From a virus, in the IMG/VR virus record IMGVR_UViG_3300009431_000004: DNA of 64,000 bases; one strand, given 5' to 3'. The position numbers were made by a program, and so were the translations under genes. Numbering within the stretch: the first letter of the stretch is position 1; every line of letters starts with the position of its first letter. A model generated the notes under the pieces. The model did no database searches, had not been told where the DNA came from, and saw only the letters and a list, made by a program, of their open reading frames with translations. Positions 53,023-62,912 of the stretch are shown piece after piece.

Positions 53023-56000
53023 TCAAGGGTTAGCCGCCCGAATTATTCGGGTGGACACAACACCCGGCGGCAACGAGTGTCCCCCTTCACACACAATACC
53101 GAGCCAAGGGTCGTGAACACCGCCCACGACAGTCGAAAAGCCGCCCGCGAGGAGTGAGCTTTGCCGAATTCCAGCTCCTCCGGTCAACACCCCGGACTCC
53201 CCGACTGGGGGAGGCGTGATGTCCGGGGCGACCCCGGCCAGTACGATGAGGCTTGGCATGATGGTGGTGATGACGGGCAAGTAGGACGTACTGACTGGCA
53301 TGATGGATTCCACCATCACAGTGGGCCGTCCAGCCAATGTAACGCCTGCAAAGGCGATGAGGGTAGGCACACTGGTTTGCCGGTTGATGGCTTCCGCGAG
53401 CTGCACATGCGGCTGGACCATCACCCCGAAGTCTGTTGAAACCAAGGGGACTTTGCGGCCAGTGAGGGTCACTCCCCCACCGACGAATTCGTCTTCGAGC
53501 CGGACCTGCACGCCATCGAGGGCGTCGGGGTCCGTGGTGAGGAACTCGAAGAAGCCGTGGTCCCTTTCCGGGGTCAGCGTGTCGAGGCCACCCCATGGCC
53601 CGATGTGCGAGTAGTCCCCGGCCCCGGTCATCTCTGCAAAGGCCGCCCCCATCCCGTTCGAGGGAGCCGGGCCGGACGGGTTACGGGTCCAGTTGTGGGG
53701 CCGGGACGGGGGCGTGTTGTCCACAGCGGCCCAATCCCAGTCTTCTTCCAGAGGAGTCTCCACCGCAGGGCCGGGGCCGACCGACCCGACGCTCCCGGCA
53801 GGAACGGACATGACCGACCACAGTTGCAGGTGCCAGTCGGTCCGCTGGTAGATTCTGCCCTCGCCGCGACCAGCGCGGCCCTCCTTGGAGGGGTAGTTCG
53901 GCCACAGGACAGCAGTCCCCGGACCCAGAGTCCCACCGAGAGGTTGCTGGCCGATGGGGTTGCCGTCGCCGTCCACAACGGGACCGAGGTAGCCGCCCCC
54001 CGAGGCAAACAGGACATGGCCGGGCATCCCGCCGCCCTGCTCGAAGTCGGGCTGCTTGGGGAACTCCGCCTTGTCCCAGAGCATCGTGCCGCTGAGTTCG
54101 AGGACATGAGCGCCAACTGGGCAGCCCACCTTGTCCCCGGTTGTCTGCAAGTCCGCGCTGGCCCCTGCGCCATCGAGGGGGTCGCCTCCGGTGCTACCGA
54201 CGGATGCCCCATCGTTCGTGTAGATGTCGTCGCCGCAGTCCGGGTCGAGGCCCGAGAAGCCCTGCGGGAGTGTCCCTTCACAGATGGACGAGATGAGGTC
54301 TTCCGACCCATCGTTGTCCACCTCGATGAAGTCCAGCGACTCGTAGCGAGCGCCCTCGGGGTCGCGGTGGGTCAGGATTCGATACGGGTCGTTCAGTGCC
54401 ACGCCGGGGTCGTTCAGCGTGTCGTCCGGGTCGTTGAGCCGCGTCCCGTTGACCTCTTCCCACTCCGAGTCCCCGGTCTGACTCTTGGGGACCGGCGGCG
54501 TCCCCTCGTTCAGGAGGGTCACACCGTCAAGGAGCGGCTGGTTCTGAAGGTACGTCACCGTGGCTTGGCCGGGGATGAAGATGACCTCGACGGAGACTGT
54601 CTCGCCGGAGAACTCGTAATCGTTGCCGTCCGAGTCCCTCCCCAGCGTCAGGACTTGAGAGTCCTCGTCGAAGGTGTACTGCATGTAGGTGTAGATGGTC
54701 GTCCCGTCGATGACCTTGTAGACACTGCTCGCGTACATCTGGGTCGGGCGCAGGGAGAGCCGCCTCTTGTCGAGGGTCTGCACCGCGATACGTTCGTAGG
54801 TCACGTCCTGCGTGCGCTCGCCGCTGTTGATGATGTTGGCCCGGTTGAGGACCATGCCCTGCGGCTGCATGAAGTCCACCGTGGCCACCTTGAACAAGCG
54901 GTAGCGCACGAAGTCCCATCGCTGCTGGGTGACAGAGCGTGGGTCGAAGGAACCGAAGCCCACGAACCCAAAGGTGGACGGCACGCGAGGCAGCACCGGG
55001 TATTCGAGGTTAATCCAGCCCGCCGACGGTTCTGTCGTCTCGTTGGTGAAGCCGCTGCCGGGAACACCGGGCGTCTCCGGCTGGTAGTAAGGAGGCAGAG
55101 GCATGTCCGGGCGGAAGACCGTCACACCCCACGTCGGGGTGCGGAGGATGCGGACCTCGGTCCACTCCCGCCAGTCCATGTCCTCCACGACCGGGCCTGT
55201 CTCTGCCGAGTTCTTGGTGTCCGTCGCGTCGGTCCGGGGAATCTCCCAGTTGTCGATGTCGCTCTTGTCCCCGCCTTTCCACACGCCCAGCGTGCGGTAA
55301 GACAGAGGAGGCGGCAGCATCGAGTACGACAACGAGCGCCAGCGAACTGAGCTAGCCGTCAGTCCAGCCGCGTCGTGGACGCCCCACAAGCAGGTGTCGT
55401 TGCCCGTCCCGCCGGGGAACTGGGTGTCCACGAGTGTCGGGGTCACGGCCTCATCATCGAGGAACAGGGTCACGACGCCCTGAGAGGCCACGAGCCTGTA
55501 GGTGTGGAACTCGCCGTCGTCCCAGTCGAAGGTGTAATCCTGCACGGTGACGCCGTTGGCGTCCAGCAGGCGCACCCCTCCATCGATGAGCCGAATCTCG
55601 CCGTAGTAATTGGCTTGGCCGAAATCCCCACCGATGAAGATGCCGGAGTCGTCCCCGTTGAACGTCACGGAGTCCACGGCGAACCGAGCTTCCAGTACCC
55701 GGTCGCCTTCCTCCGAGAAGCACAGCCCAGCCGTGTCGAGGTTGCCGGTGTAACGGAGGCTCTCACCCACCGACTGGGACGTGATGAAGTCCGAGATGTG
55801 AGATGCCCCAGTCCCAGAGGACCCGGCCACTTCCGTCCAGTCCTGCGCCGTCGGCGCGAGCAGGCCAGCCACGCTGATGACGGGGAGGTCGATGAGCCGT
55901 CGGTAGCAGAGCTGCCCCGGACATTTCACGTAGAGGAGGGTTGCGAGCCGTATCTCCCGGTTGCCGTCGTTCAGGACAATTTCGGTGTCCCCGGCCCCTA

Positions 56001-59000
56001 ACGTGCCTGTGTCCATCCGAAAGTTTGCCCGAAGGTCCAAGTTTGAATCAGGAGCGAAGAAGGGTTCGATTCGCTTGTACCCAAACAGAAACTTCAAACT
56101 TTCCGAGGCACTCGTAGCCTTGAGAAGCACGTCGTCATCGTTACTTAGCGCCTTCGAGTAACCGAAAGTTTGCTGGGTGTACCACTCGAAATTCGGGTCA
56201 TGCTCCGGCACCACCCCCATCTCGGTTGCCACCGCCTTCGAGTGGCTGCGGAAGTAGGACTGGTCCGGCGTGATGCCGTAACGAACGAAGGACCATGTGC
56301 TGGTGTTCGTGGCCATCCGGCTCAGGGAACCCCAGAACACCTGCCCCTCACCCGTCTGGGTCAAGATGAGGGAAGTCTCGGCGGGCATTGGGAGGACCGG
56401 GACGTTACCGTCGAGGGTAACGATGTCCGAGGTGGTCGTCCCGGACATGGCCAAGGTTGCGACCTTCTGGTCCGGGTCCGCCACGAGCCTGTAGGTCGAG
56501 AGGCCGTTCCACGGAGTCTCGAAGATGGCGGTCGGGTAGTTGTTCCCGTACTTGGTCGGGTCCGCCGGGAAGGCCGGGCTGACGGTGCAGGTCGATGTCC
56601 CGTCGCACTGGGCGACGACGTGGGTCGCCGTGTGGACCCCTGCCTGCGGGCCTTCGAGAATCTGGAAGCGGTCGCCATCCTTGAAGTCGGTCGGCACCTC
56701 CGCCGACGGCACGCTCATGGTCGTCGTGCTGGTGATGGTCGCAGTCGTCTCGGGGCCAATCTCCCACGCGCCGACCTGCTGGACCTTGCGGGGGTCGATG
56801 AGCATCCCCACATGCTGAAGGCCGTTCACGAGCAGCGCCCCCACGAGGTACAGCTCGTGGTTGTTGTGGAACCCGAAGCCGACCCCGGTGAACACACCGT
56901 CCGGGTTGATGGCCGAGGTGTCCGGGATGGTGAACCGCGTGTTGAGCGTGATGGCCGACGGGAATGTGAGGTCCAGCTCACGCCAATACATGGCTGTCTG
57001 GGCGTCGTCCGGGTCGTAGGAGCCACTCTGGGCGTCGATGAGGGTCCACGTCCCCTGCCCAGTGTTGTACGCGCCCGTGTCGGTCCCCTGAAGCGTCCAA
57101 GGAGGCGTGGCCGCCCGAGGGCTGCCTGTAGCCTCGTAAGCCACTGTAGACCCACCCACGGCCTCCTCGAAGGCATCTGTGGAGGTCTGGTGCGGGTTCG
57201 TGTTCAGGAGCAGCGTCGTGGGGCTGTTCAGGAGCGCCGAGTATTCCCGCTCGAAGCCGAGGTATCGGTGGCCGATGAGCATGGGCGACGGGCGCGTCAT
57301 GGGACCAAGGACAACCGCCATGGGGAACCGCGCCGTGTCGGGCCTCCCCTTGGGATGGTCCGGCAAGTCTTGATTCTGTTCCCCGTGGGCCGCCGGGTCA
57401 TGGTGTCCAATGCCCCGGTCCCACTTGTTGAGGACGAGGCCCAGCGTATTCAGCCCGGCCAGTTCCATCGTCGGCGTGGCAAACCACTTGTAGTCCACCT
57501 TCACGTCGATGTCGCCCGGCGGCATGAATGGAATCGGTGTGGTGAGCTGGATGCGCCCGATGTACGGGTTCACGTCCTCGACACCGACCTCGACCCCGTT
57601 GACCAAGACGGTCACGTCCTGCTTGGTTGCCGGGGTCGCGTCGCCCCAACCCTTGACCAGCGGACCGCGTTGGGTCTGAAGCCAGTCCCTCGTATCCGCG
57701 TAGGCACCCTCGAACTCGGATTCGTGGTTGTGAAGGAAGTTCCACGCCTCCGAAAAGACCGTATAGGTGGAGGTTGCCTCGACGCCGAGAATCTGGAAGC
57801 CCGTCACGCTGGTCGGGGCGTCCAAGAACAGCCACGTCACACCCGGCCCAGCGTCATCTGTCACGGTGAGGTTCGTGAAAGGTGTGACCGCGACCGGCAA
57901 CCCATCGAGCAGAAGGGCCGCCGTCTCTGCCTTCTGGTTCCAGACAAGGGACAGCGTGTGGGTGCCGGTACTCCAATCCCCCAGAACATCGACCGTGAAG
58001 GCGTTGTTGGTGAAGCTGAGAAGGTCCGTCCCAGCCGCGTCGCGCTTCAGGCCCACCCGGACGCCAAGCCCCTGTGTCGCCGGGCCGTTCTGAAAGATGA
58101 CCTCCCCGAGCGTGAATTCAGGAAGGTCGTCGAGCGCCGGGCTGTAAAGGCCCTGCCCTGCGTTGAAGGTGAAGTCCATGCGCGTCGTGGAGTCCGGGGT
58201 GATGTGGGCGACGCTCGGGACCGTAGGCTCGAAGAAGCCCCAGCCATACGGACCCCAAGCGGGGCCGGGCCGGTTCAGCCGGAGCAGGCCGCCCGATACT
58301 TCGGAGGAGCCGTTCTGGGGGTTCTGCTCTTGCCCGTCACACCCGGTGGCCGCCGAGGGAAGAACGCTGCCGTCGTACTCCACGGCGGTCGAGTTGGTGG
58401 CGATGCAGGTGTAGTCGAGCCGGGTCATCCCAGTGGTGGTCAGACCCACCTTGGCGGCGCTCCCTTCAAAGGGGTGCGTGGCCGCCGACACCCTGATGGC
58501 TATGGGGTAGTCCGGGTCCGAGGTGAAGGAGTAGGAACTGGGATTGTCGATGCCAGAACCGGGGTGCGGTTCCAGCGCCGCTGTCAGCATCGGGTAGGCA
58601 AAGGTCAGCCGGAGCATCTCTTGGTCGATAGGGGTGACTGTGTAGGGCGGTGCTTCGCCACGGCACAGGAGGACAATCGGCCCCGTATCCAGCAGGGGGT
58701 TCCCGGACATATCGGTCGGGCCGACTACCACGATGCTGTAGGTGCCTCCCTGCGTCGTCCCCGTGTGCTTCAGGATGACGGACATGGCCCCGGCGGTCCC
58801 GAGGGTGCTGTCCACCTCACCCAGCGTTTCTATCCGCACGCTCTCGATGGTGACGGATGGAGCCGCCCCTGCCACCGGGGTCAGCGTGTAGGACGCCGGG
58901 TCAAGCAGAGCCGGATTGAGGGGGTCCATCGGTTCGGTGAAGAAGACCTCGATTTCCCAGCCGGAGATGCTCAGAGCGGACGCGACCTGCGGGGGTGTCT

Positions 59001-59277
59001 TGTCCACGGACCCGTAAGGACCGAGGCCGTAGGGGTCGCCGCCGAAGCCGCCGTCGATGGGAATCTTCGGGTCGGGGAAGCCGCCTGCACCACCGTAAGG
59101 GTAGAAGCCGTAGGCCGCTCCCGCCGGAGGTGGCGTGAGGGGACTCTCGGACCAGCCTACGCCGCCGTAGCCGGAAGCCTCCGGGTGCGGAGGGCAGACC
59201 AGCACGGATGGGCATGGAGGGAACGGGCCGAACCCGAAAGGCCCGGTGTCCCAACAATCAGGAGAGCCGTTGGCCAT
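53023..59277 (-). CDS. very large virion protein with Ig-like and lectin-like beta domains
   Basis: 2084 aa; YG/FG-rich N-terminus, IEVFFTEPMD Ig-like start, DDGEFHTYRL..VTLFLD LamG-like motif. Confidence 0.75.
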   Translation of the reverse strand: MANGSPDCWDTGPFGFGPFPPCPSVLVCPPHPEASGYGGVGWSESPLTPPPAGAAYGFYPYGGAGGFPDPKIPIDGGFGGDPYGLGPYGSVDKTPPQVASALSISGWEIEVFFTEPMDPLNPALLDPASYTLTPVAGAAPSVTIESVRIETLGEVDSTLGTAGAMSVILKHTGTTQGGTYSIVVVGPTDMSGNPLLDTGPIVLLCRGEAPPYTVTPIDQEMLRLTFAYPMLTAALEPHPGSGIDNPSSYSFTSDPDYPIAIRVSAATHPFEGSAAKVGLTTTGMTRLDYTCIATNSTAVEYDGSVLPSAATGCDGQEQNPQNGSSEVSGGLLRLNRPGPAWGPYGWGFFEPTVPSVAHITPDSTTRMDFTFNAGQGLYSPALDDLPEFTLGEVIFQNGPATQGLGVRVGLKRDAAGTDLLSFTNNAFTVDVLGDWSTGTHTLSLVWNQKAETAALLLDGLPVAVTPFTNLTVTDDAGPGVTWLFLDAPTSVTGFQILGVEATSTYTVFSEAWNFLHNHESEFEGAYADTRDWLQTQRGPLVKGWGDATPATKQDVTVLVNGVEVGVEDVNPYIGRIQLTTPIPFMPPGDIDVKVDYKWFATPTMELAGLNTLGLVLNKWDRGIGHHDPAAHGEQNQDLPDHPKGRPDTARFPMAVVLGPMTRPSPMLIGHRYLGFEREYSALLNSPTTLLLNTNPHQTSTDAFEEAVGGSTVAYEATGSPRAATPPWTLQGTDTGAYNTGQGTWTLIDAQSGSYDPDDAQTAMYWRELDLTFPSAITLNTRFTIPDTSAINPDGVFTGVGFGFHNNHELYLVGALLVNGLQHVGMLIDPRKVQQVGAWEIGPETTATITSTTTMSVPSAEVPTDFKDGDRFQILEGPQAGVHTATHVVAQCDGTSTCTVSPAFPADPTKYGNNYPTAIFETPWNGLSTYRLVADPDQKVATLAMSGTTTSDIVTLDGNVPVLPMPAETSLILTQTGEGQVFWGSLSRMATNTSTWSFVRYGITPDQSYFRSHSKAVATEMGVVPEHDPNFEWYTQQTFGYSKALSNDDDVLLKATSASESLKFLFGYKRIEPFFAPDSNLDLRANFRMDTGTLGAGDTEIVLNDGNREIRLATLLYVKCPGQLCYRRLIDLPVISVAGLLAPTAQDWTEVAGSSGTGASHISDFITSQSVGESLRYTGNLDTAGLCFSEEGDRVLEARFAVDSVTFNGDDSGIFIGGDFGQANYYGEIRLIDGGVRLLDANGVTVQDYTFDWDDGEFHTYRLVASQGVVTLFLDDEAVTPTLVDTQFPGGTGNDTCLWGVHDAAGLTASSVRWRSLSYSMLPPPLSYRTLGVWKGGDKSDIDNWEIPRTDATDTKNSAETGPVVEDMDWREWTEVRILRTPTWGVTVFRPDMPLPPYYQPETPGVPGSGFTNETTEPSAGWINLEYPVLPRVPSTFGFVGFGSFDPRSVTQQRWDFVRYRLFKVATVDFMQPQGMVLNRANIINSGERTQDVTYERIAVQTLDKRRLSLRPTQMYASSVYKVIDGTTIYTYMQYTFDEDSQVLTLGRDSDGNDYEFSGETVSVEVIFIPGQATVTYLQNQPLLDGVTLLNEGTPPVPKSQTGDSEWEEVNGTRLNDPDDTLNDPGVALNDPYRILTHRDPEGARYESLDFIEVDNDGSEDLISSICEGTLPQGFSGLDPDCGDDIYTNDGASVGSTGGDPLDGAGASADLQTTGDKVGCPVGAHVLELSGTMLWDKAEFPKQPDFEQGGGMPGHVLFASGGGYLGPVVDGDGNPIGQQPLGGTLGPGTAVLWPNYPSKEGRAGRGEGRIYQRTDWHLQLWSVMSVPAGSVGSVGPGPAVETPLEEDWDWAAVDNTPPSRPHNWTRNPSGPAPSNGMGAAFAEMTGAGDYSHIGPWGGLDTLTPERDHGFFEFLTTDPDALDGVQVRLEDEFVGGGVTLTGRKVPLVSTDFGVMVQPHVQLAEAINRQTSVPTLIAFAGVTLAGRPTVMVESIMPVSTSYLPVITTIMPSLIVLAGVAPDITPPPVGESGVLTGGAGIRQSSLLAGGFSTVVGGVHDPWLGIVCEGGHSLPPGVVSTRIIRAANP

Positions 59278-59289
59278 TCTTCCATCTCA

Positions 59290-61230
59290 CTAAATCGCGG
59301 ACCATACACCGTCGTAGTAGAAGAACGTCATCGCCGCCCCGTTGGTGTTGATGATGTACGTCGCCAACCCGCCCAGTGCGGCGTTGAACAGGTCCGTTCC
59401 CTGACAGGTCACGGTGATGTTGTTAATCGCGGCATTGCCCTGCTGGTCCTTGACCACGATGAGACGCCCGTCAGTGGGAGTATCGGGCAACACGACTTCG
59501 ACTGCGGAGGCGGTCGTCATGCAGACCGCGATGACCTCACCGGACTGCATCGAGTACGGGGTGTTGCCCGCATTTACTTCGGCTGGTTCCCATACGTCGG
59601 AGCTGCCGCCACTGCCCCCGATGATGGGGAGAACGGTGTGCGTGATATTGCCGCCCACGAGGTCGAGGTCGCTCAGGTCATCCAGCGTGACCGCACCGGA
59701 AGTCACACCGACGGTGCCTGTCGTGGCGGCCCCGAGTACCCGGTAGACACCGGAGAAGTCGCTGTGGCGGACCATCACCTCCATGTTTTCGGTAGATGCC
59801 CCCGCCGCCGCACCAACGCCGACGCCCACGGAACCCCCGCCTGCCCCGGTGCCGTGGCCCAAATGGCAGTAGTCCATGACCAAGCTCTTGGCGATTCCCT
59901 TGTAGCACCAGTTGTCCGCTTTCCCGCAATGGGCGGACGAATAGTTCAGGGTGAGTTCCGCCGAGGGGCTGGGACTCAAAATCGCGTCAGCCCCGGTGAC
60001 AGTTGTCTCGGCCAGAACCGCGAAGCACATCCCCCCTCCGGCCAGTAGAAGACCGCAGGGTTCTTCGCCCGGAGCGACGACAGTCGGGTCCGGCCCCTGA
60101 ATCATGCTTCGGCCTGCACTCAAGAAGGCCCAGTCGGTGGTGTCCCCGAGGGTCAGGGCGGTCCCCAAGTCCGCATTCTTGATGACAGAGGACTCAAGCA
60201 GGAAGGCCGAGCCACCGTCCACGAGCAGAGCGGGGCTGTCGGTCGCCACGGTGCTTTCCAGCGTGATGCCCCGCAGAATCATGGGGTTCGTTGAGGACGG
60301 CGGCGAGGTCGGAACCCCTATCATGGAGTGATAGCCCGTGACTGCCCGGACAAGGACTGACCCCGCTGGGAAAGTGGTGTCGTCGGCAGCGAACGTCATC
60401 CCGGCTTCACCCGCGTTGACGAGGAAGACGTGCGGCACGATGGCCAGTGCTTCCTCGTAGTAACCGGGGGCGACCATGATGACGTAGGGGTTCTCGTCTT
60501 CCAGCGGTGCTTCCCCGCGAGCTGCACATGCGCTCGCGTAGGTGATGGCCGCATTGATGGAGGAGAAGTCCGCAAAGCCCTGAGCTGCGATGCGAATCCC
60601 CGTCTCGTCCAGAGCCGCCGAGTCCGGGCCGGGCATCTTGATGACGTTGCTCGGGTCGTTCTGGGTTTCGGCGTTGTCCCGGCCCCTGTTGGCGTCCACG
60701 TAGAGGACTCGCCCGGACATGGCTGCCCGTCGGGTGAGCGCGAGCAGGCGCAGGATGTTCGAGTTCTGGTCGTCCGCCCAGCCCTCTGCTGAAGCGTCCA
60801 CGGGAACGATGCCGTTCGAGTCGCGCCTTTCGCCCGCTGCCACGAGCTTGAGGTTGGCGAAGGTGGTCAGGATGCGGAACCGAAGGAACATGGTGTCTTC
60901 GGTCGGCAGTCCGGCGTCCACCACGAGCCGGAGCAGGTACGAACCGTTCCAGTCCGCGTTGAACCGGCATGTCTTGGAGGTCGTGCCTTCAGGGGCGAGC
61001 AACTGGGCGTCCGAGGGGTCGCCCTCGTAGTCGTCGCCTGAAGACGCCGACGGCCCTGCCGAGTCCGGCTTGAACGCCAAGGTCCAAGCGTAGGTCGAGG
61101 CGTCGTGGACGGACGTGCTGACGACCTGATAACCCTTGAGCAGGTCGTCCCGGCTCGCGTCAACCGTTACCGGCCCGACGGGAGTCCCGCCGGGATGGTT
61201 CAGGAAAGTCGTTGTGATGCTGGCAGGCAT
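59290..61230 (-). CDS. tail fibre-like structural protein
   Basis: N-terminal PKD/Ig-like region, FSSINAAI..VIMVAPGYYEE beta-helix cap, C-terminal VVLPDTP.DG..IVVKD..GNA..NNITV domain. Confidence 0.7.
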   Translation of the reverse strand: MPASITTTFLNHPGGTPVGPVTVDASRDDLLKGYQVVSTSVHDASTYAWTLAFKPDSAGPSASSGDDYEGDPSDAQLLAPEGTTSKTCRFNADWNGSYLLRLVVDAGLPTEDTMFLRFRILTTFANLKLVAAGERRDSNGIVPVDASAEGWADDQNSNILRLLALTRRAAMSGRVLYVDANRGRDNAETQNDPSNVIKMPGPDSAALDETGIRIAAQGFADFSSINAAITYASACAARGEAPLEDENPYVIMVAPGYYEEALAIVPHVFLVNAGEAGMTFAADDTTFPAGSVLVRAVTGYHSMIGVPTSPPSSTNPMILRGITLESTVATDSPALLVDGGSAFLLESSVIKNADLGTALTLGDTTDWAFLSAGRSMIQGPDPTVVAPGEEPCGLLLAGGGMCFAVLAETTVTGADAILSPSPSAELTLNYSSAHCGKADNWCYKGIAKSLVMDYCHLGHGTGAGGGSVGVGVGAAAGASTENMEVMVRHSDFSGVYRVLGAATTGTVGVTSGAVTLDDLSDLDLVGGNITHTVLPIIGGSGGSSDVWEPAEVNAGNTPYSMQSGEVIAVCMTTASAVEVVLPDTPTDGRLIVVKDQQGNAAINNITVTCQGTDLFNAALGGLATYIINTNGAAMTFFYYDGVWSAI

Positions 61231-61287
61231 GTTATCTCCCTCAGACCGTCAAAGCAGGGCCTCCATAGAACCGGACATATAGGCCAA

Positions 61288-62652
61288 TCATCGGAAGAAG
61301 AACTCGGAAGCATCTTCCCCAACCACGGGCCTTGGCACCTGCACGCCGAGTCTGTCCACAGTCACCATGTAATCCTGACCCGTGACTGCTTGGGCCATTC
61401 GGTTGCGAATTCTCAGGAGACTGGGGGCGGCCCGCACCTGAGTCGCCACATGCGCCGGGTCCACGAATCCGACCGGGCCGCCGTTGCTCCCCAGAACTGT
61501 CTTGAGGCGGTAATTGCCCGCGTTCGGCCCGGTCGTGAAGGTCAGGATGTCCCCCTCGGGGGCCAGCGCCCAGTTCTGGGACGGGTCCGTGATGACATCC
61601 CCGGACACCGTAGCGGTCCCTGAGAGGCCGCTAACGGTCGTGTACGCCCTCGCAGTAGTGTCGTCCCCTACTGGGAAGACCCGGATTTCCTCGACCCTGT
61701 AGCGGCCTACCCAGCCCTCATCCGTGGAGCTGGCATCCGTGGCGTTCGGCCCGGACAGAATCGTGAGGACGGCTCCGGGTGCAATCGAGGTGAAGTCCCG
61801 ATTGGCATCGCTGAACAGGGAACGGTCTGTCAGGGTGATTCCGTCGGTCCCCGTGACCCGCTCCGCTCCGAGGCAGAACTTCCGTAAGTCGTCGTAATGA
61901 TAGATGTCGTAGTCGAACGCCATCGTGTCGGAGAACAGCGTCCCGAAGGACTCCCGGAACAAGTGCCGGTAGTCGTAAAGGGTGTGGGCCGCCTTCAAGG
62001 CCCGCATCACGATGGAGACATTACTCAGGAGGACGAAGGGGTCGTCCGGGAAGTCTTCGAGCGTGATGGTTTCTTCACCGACTACGAGGGTCCGCGAGCC
62101 GGTGACGTTCACCTCGAAGGTGAACTGGTCCGCAGGCCCCCATGCTGAGTTCGGTGTCGTGCGGGCGGCCACGGACTTCTCGATGACTTCGACGAGGGCG
62201 TCGGTGAGCAGCTCGACCCCTTCCTTCACCGTCGCGGCTGTCGCTCCTTGCAGAAGCAGGATGACCATCCTCTTGAGGAACTGCCGATAGGTGAGGTCGC
62301 CTTCCAGCTCGGGCCAGCCATCTGACTCGGCATCCGGGAACACGAGCGCCCCGAGAATCTGATAGAGGACCTCGGACCGGGTGTAGTCGTACACCGAGTC
62401 GGCCCAGACCTCCTGCGCGGAAATCTGGAACGAGGCAATCTGTTCGGCAGCCGCCTGATACTGAAGGGTGTAGTTCGGCCCCGTCACCTGCGAGACGTAG
62501 TTGCTCGGCAGGAGCTTGAGGAACACCTCCATGATGCGGTCCACCTGTGAACCCACCGCGTTCTTGCGGCCCTGACTGTCCTCGTCGAAGGGTGCAGGGT
62601 TCTGGGGGACCAGACCCGGAAGCGTCGTTTTGTCTTCTGGCCTGTCTGCCAT
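61288..62652 (-). CDS. putative baseplate wedge/tail protein
   Basis: LLPSNY, LYQILG, YRQFLKRM..LLQGAT pattern; lies just downstream of a baseplate J-like gene. Confidence 0.6.
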   Translation of the reverse strand: MADRPEDKTTLPGLVPQNPAPFDEDSQGRKNAVGSQVDRIMEVFLKLLPSNYVSQVTGPNYTLQYQAAAEQIASFQISAQEVWADSVYDYTRSEVLYQILGALVFPDAESDGWPELEGDLTYRQFLKRMVILLLQGATAATVKEGVELLTDALVEVIEKSVAARTTPNSAWGPADQFTFEVNVTGSRTLVVGEETITLEDFPDDPFVLLSNVSIVMRALKAAHTLYDYRHLFRESFGTLFSDTMAFDYDIYHYDDLRKFCLGAERVTGTDGITLTDRSLFSDANRDFTSIAPGAVLTILSGPNATDASSTDEGWVGRYRVEEIRVFPVGDDTTARAYTTVSGLSGTATVSGDVITDPSQNWALAPEGDILTFTTGPNAGNYRLKTVLGSNGGPVGFVDPAHVATQVRAAPSLLRIRNRMAQAVTGQDYMVTVDRLGVQVPRPVVGEDASEFFFR

Positions 62653-62654
62653 CT

Positions 62655-62912
62655 CTACTCGTATGCCCCGGCCAATTCACCGAAGCAGCCATGCTGCCAA
62701 CCCACCCAGTCCTTGTATCGCCAACGCAACGCCTCCCCGGCAGAGGCCACGATGCCCCACAGGGTATGGAACTCCCAGTAGGAGGGGGTGTTGTTCAGGA
62801 CCATCTCCCTCACCGTCAATCCGGCGGGGACTGAAGCTCCGAGAATCCACGGCAGCTCGGTTCGTTGCCCGGCTGCATCGGCCAGAACTAAAATTGCCAT
62901 CGGGGCAGCCAT
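62655..62912 (-). CDS. hypothetical protein
   Basis: 85 aa, TGATG-coupled, fills the gap between two structural genes. Confidence 0.5.
   Translation of the reverse strand: MAAPMAILVLADAAGQRTELPWILGASVPAGLTVREMVLNNTPSYWEFHTLWGIVASAGEALRWRYKDWVGWQHGCFGELAGAYE

Noticed and set aside
5723-60048. Very long plus-strand ORFs (5723-8242, 9707-12439, 29711-33622, 40428-43607, 44142-47948, 48218-51163, 56170-60048)
   Set aside because: They are antisense shadows of GC3-rich genes, rich in Val/Gly/His/Arg, with no motifs. Strong codon bias on the coding strand removes stop codons from the opposite frame.
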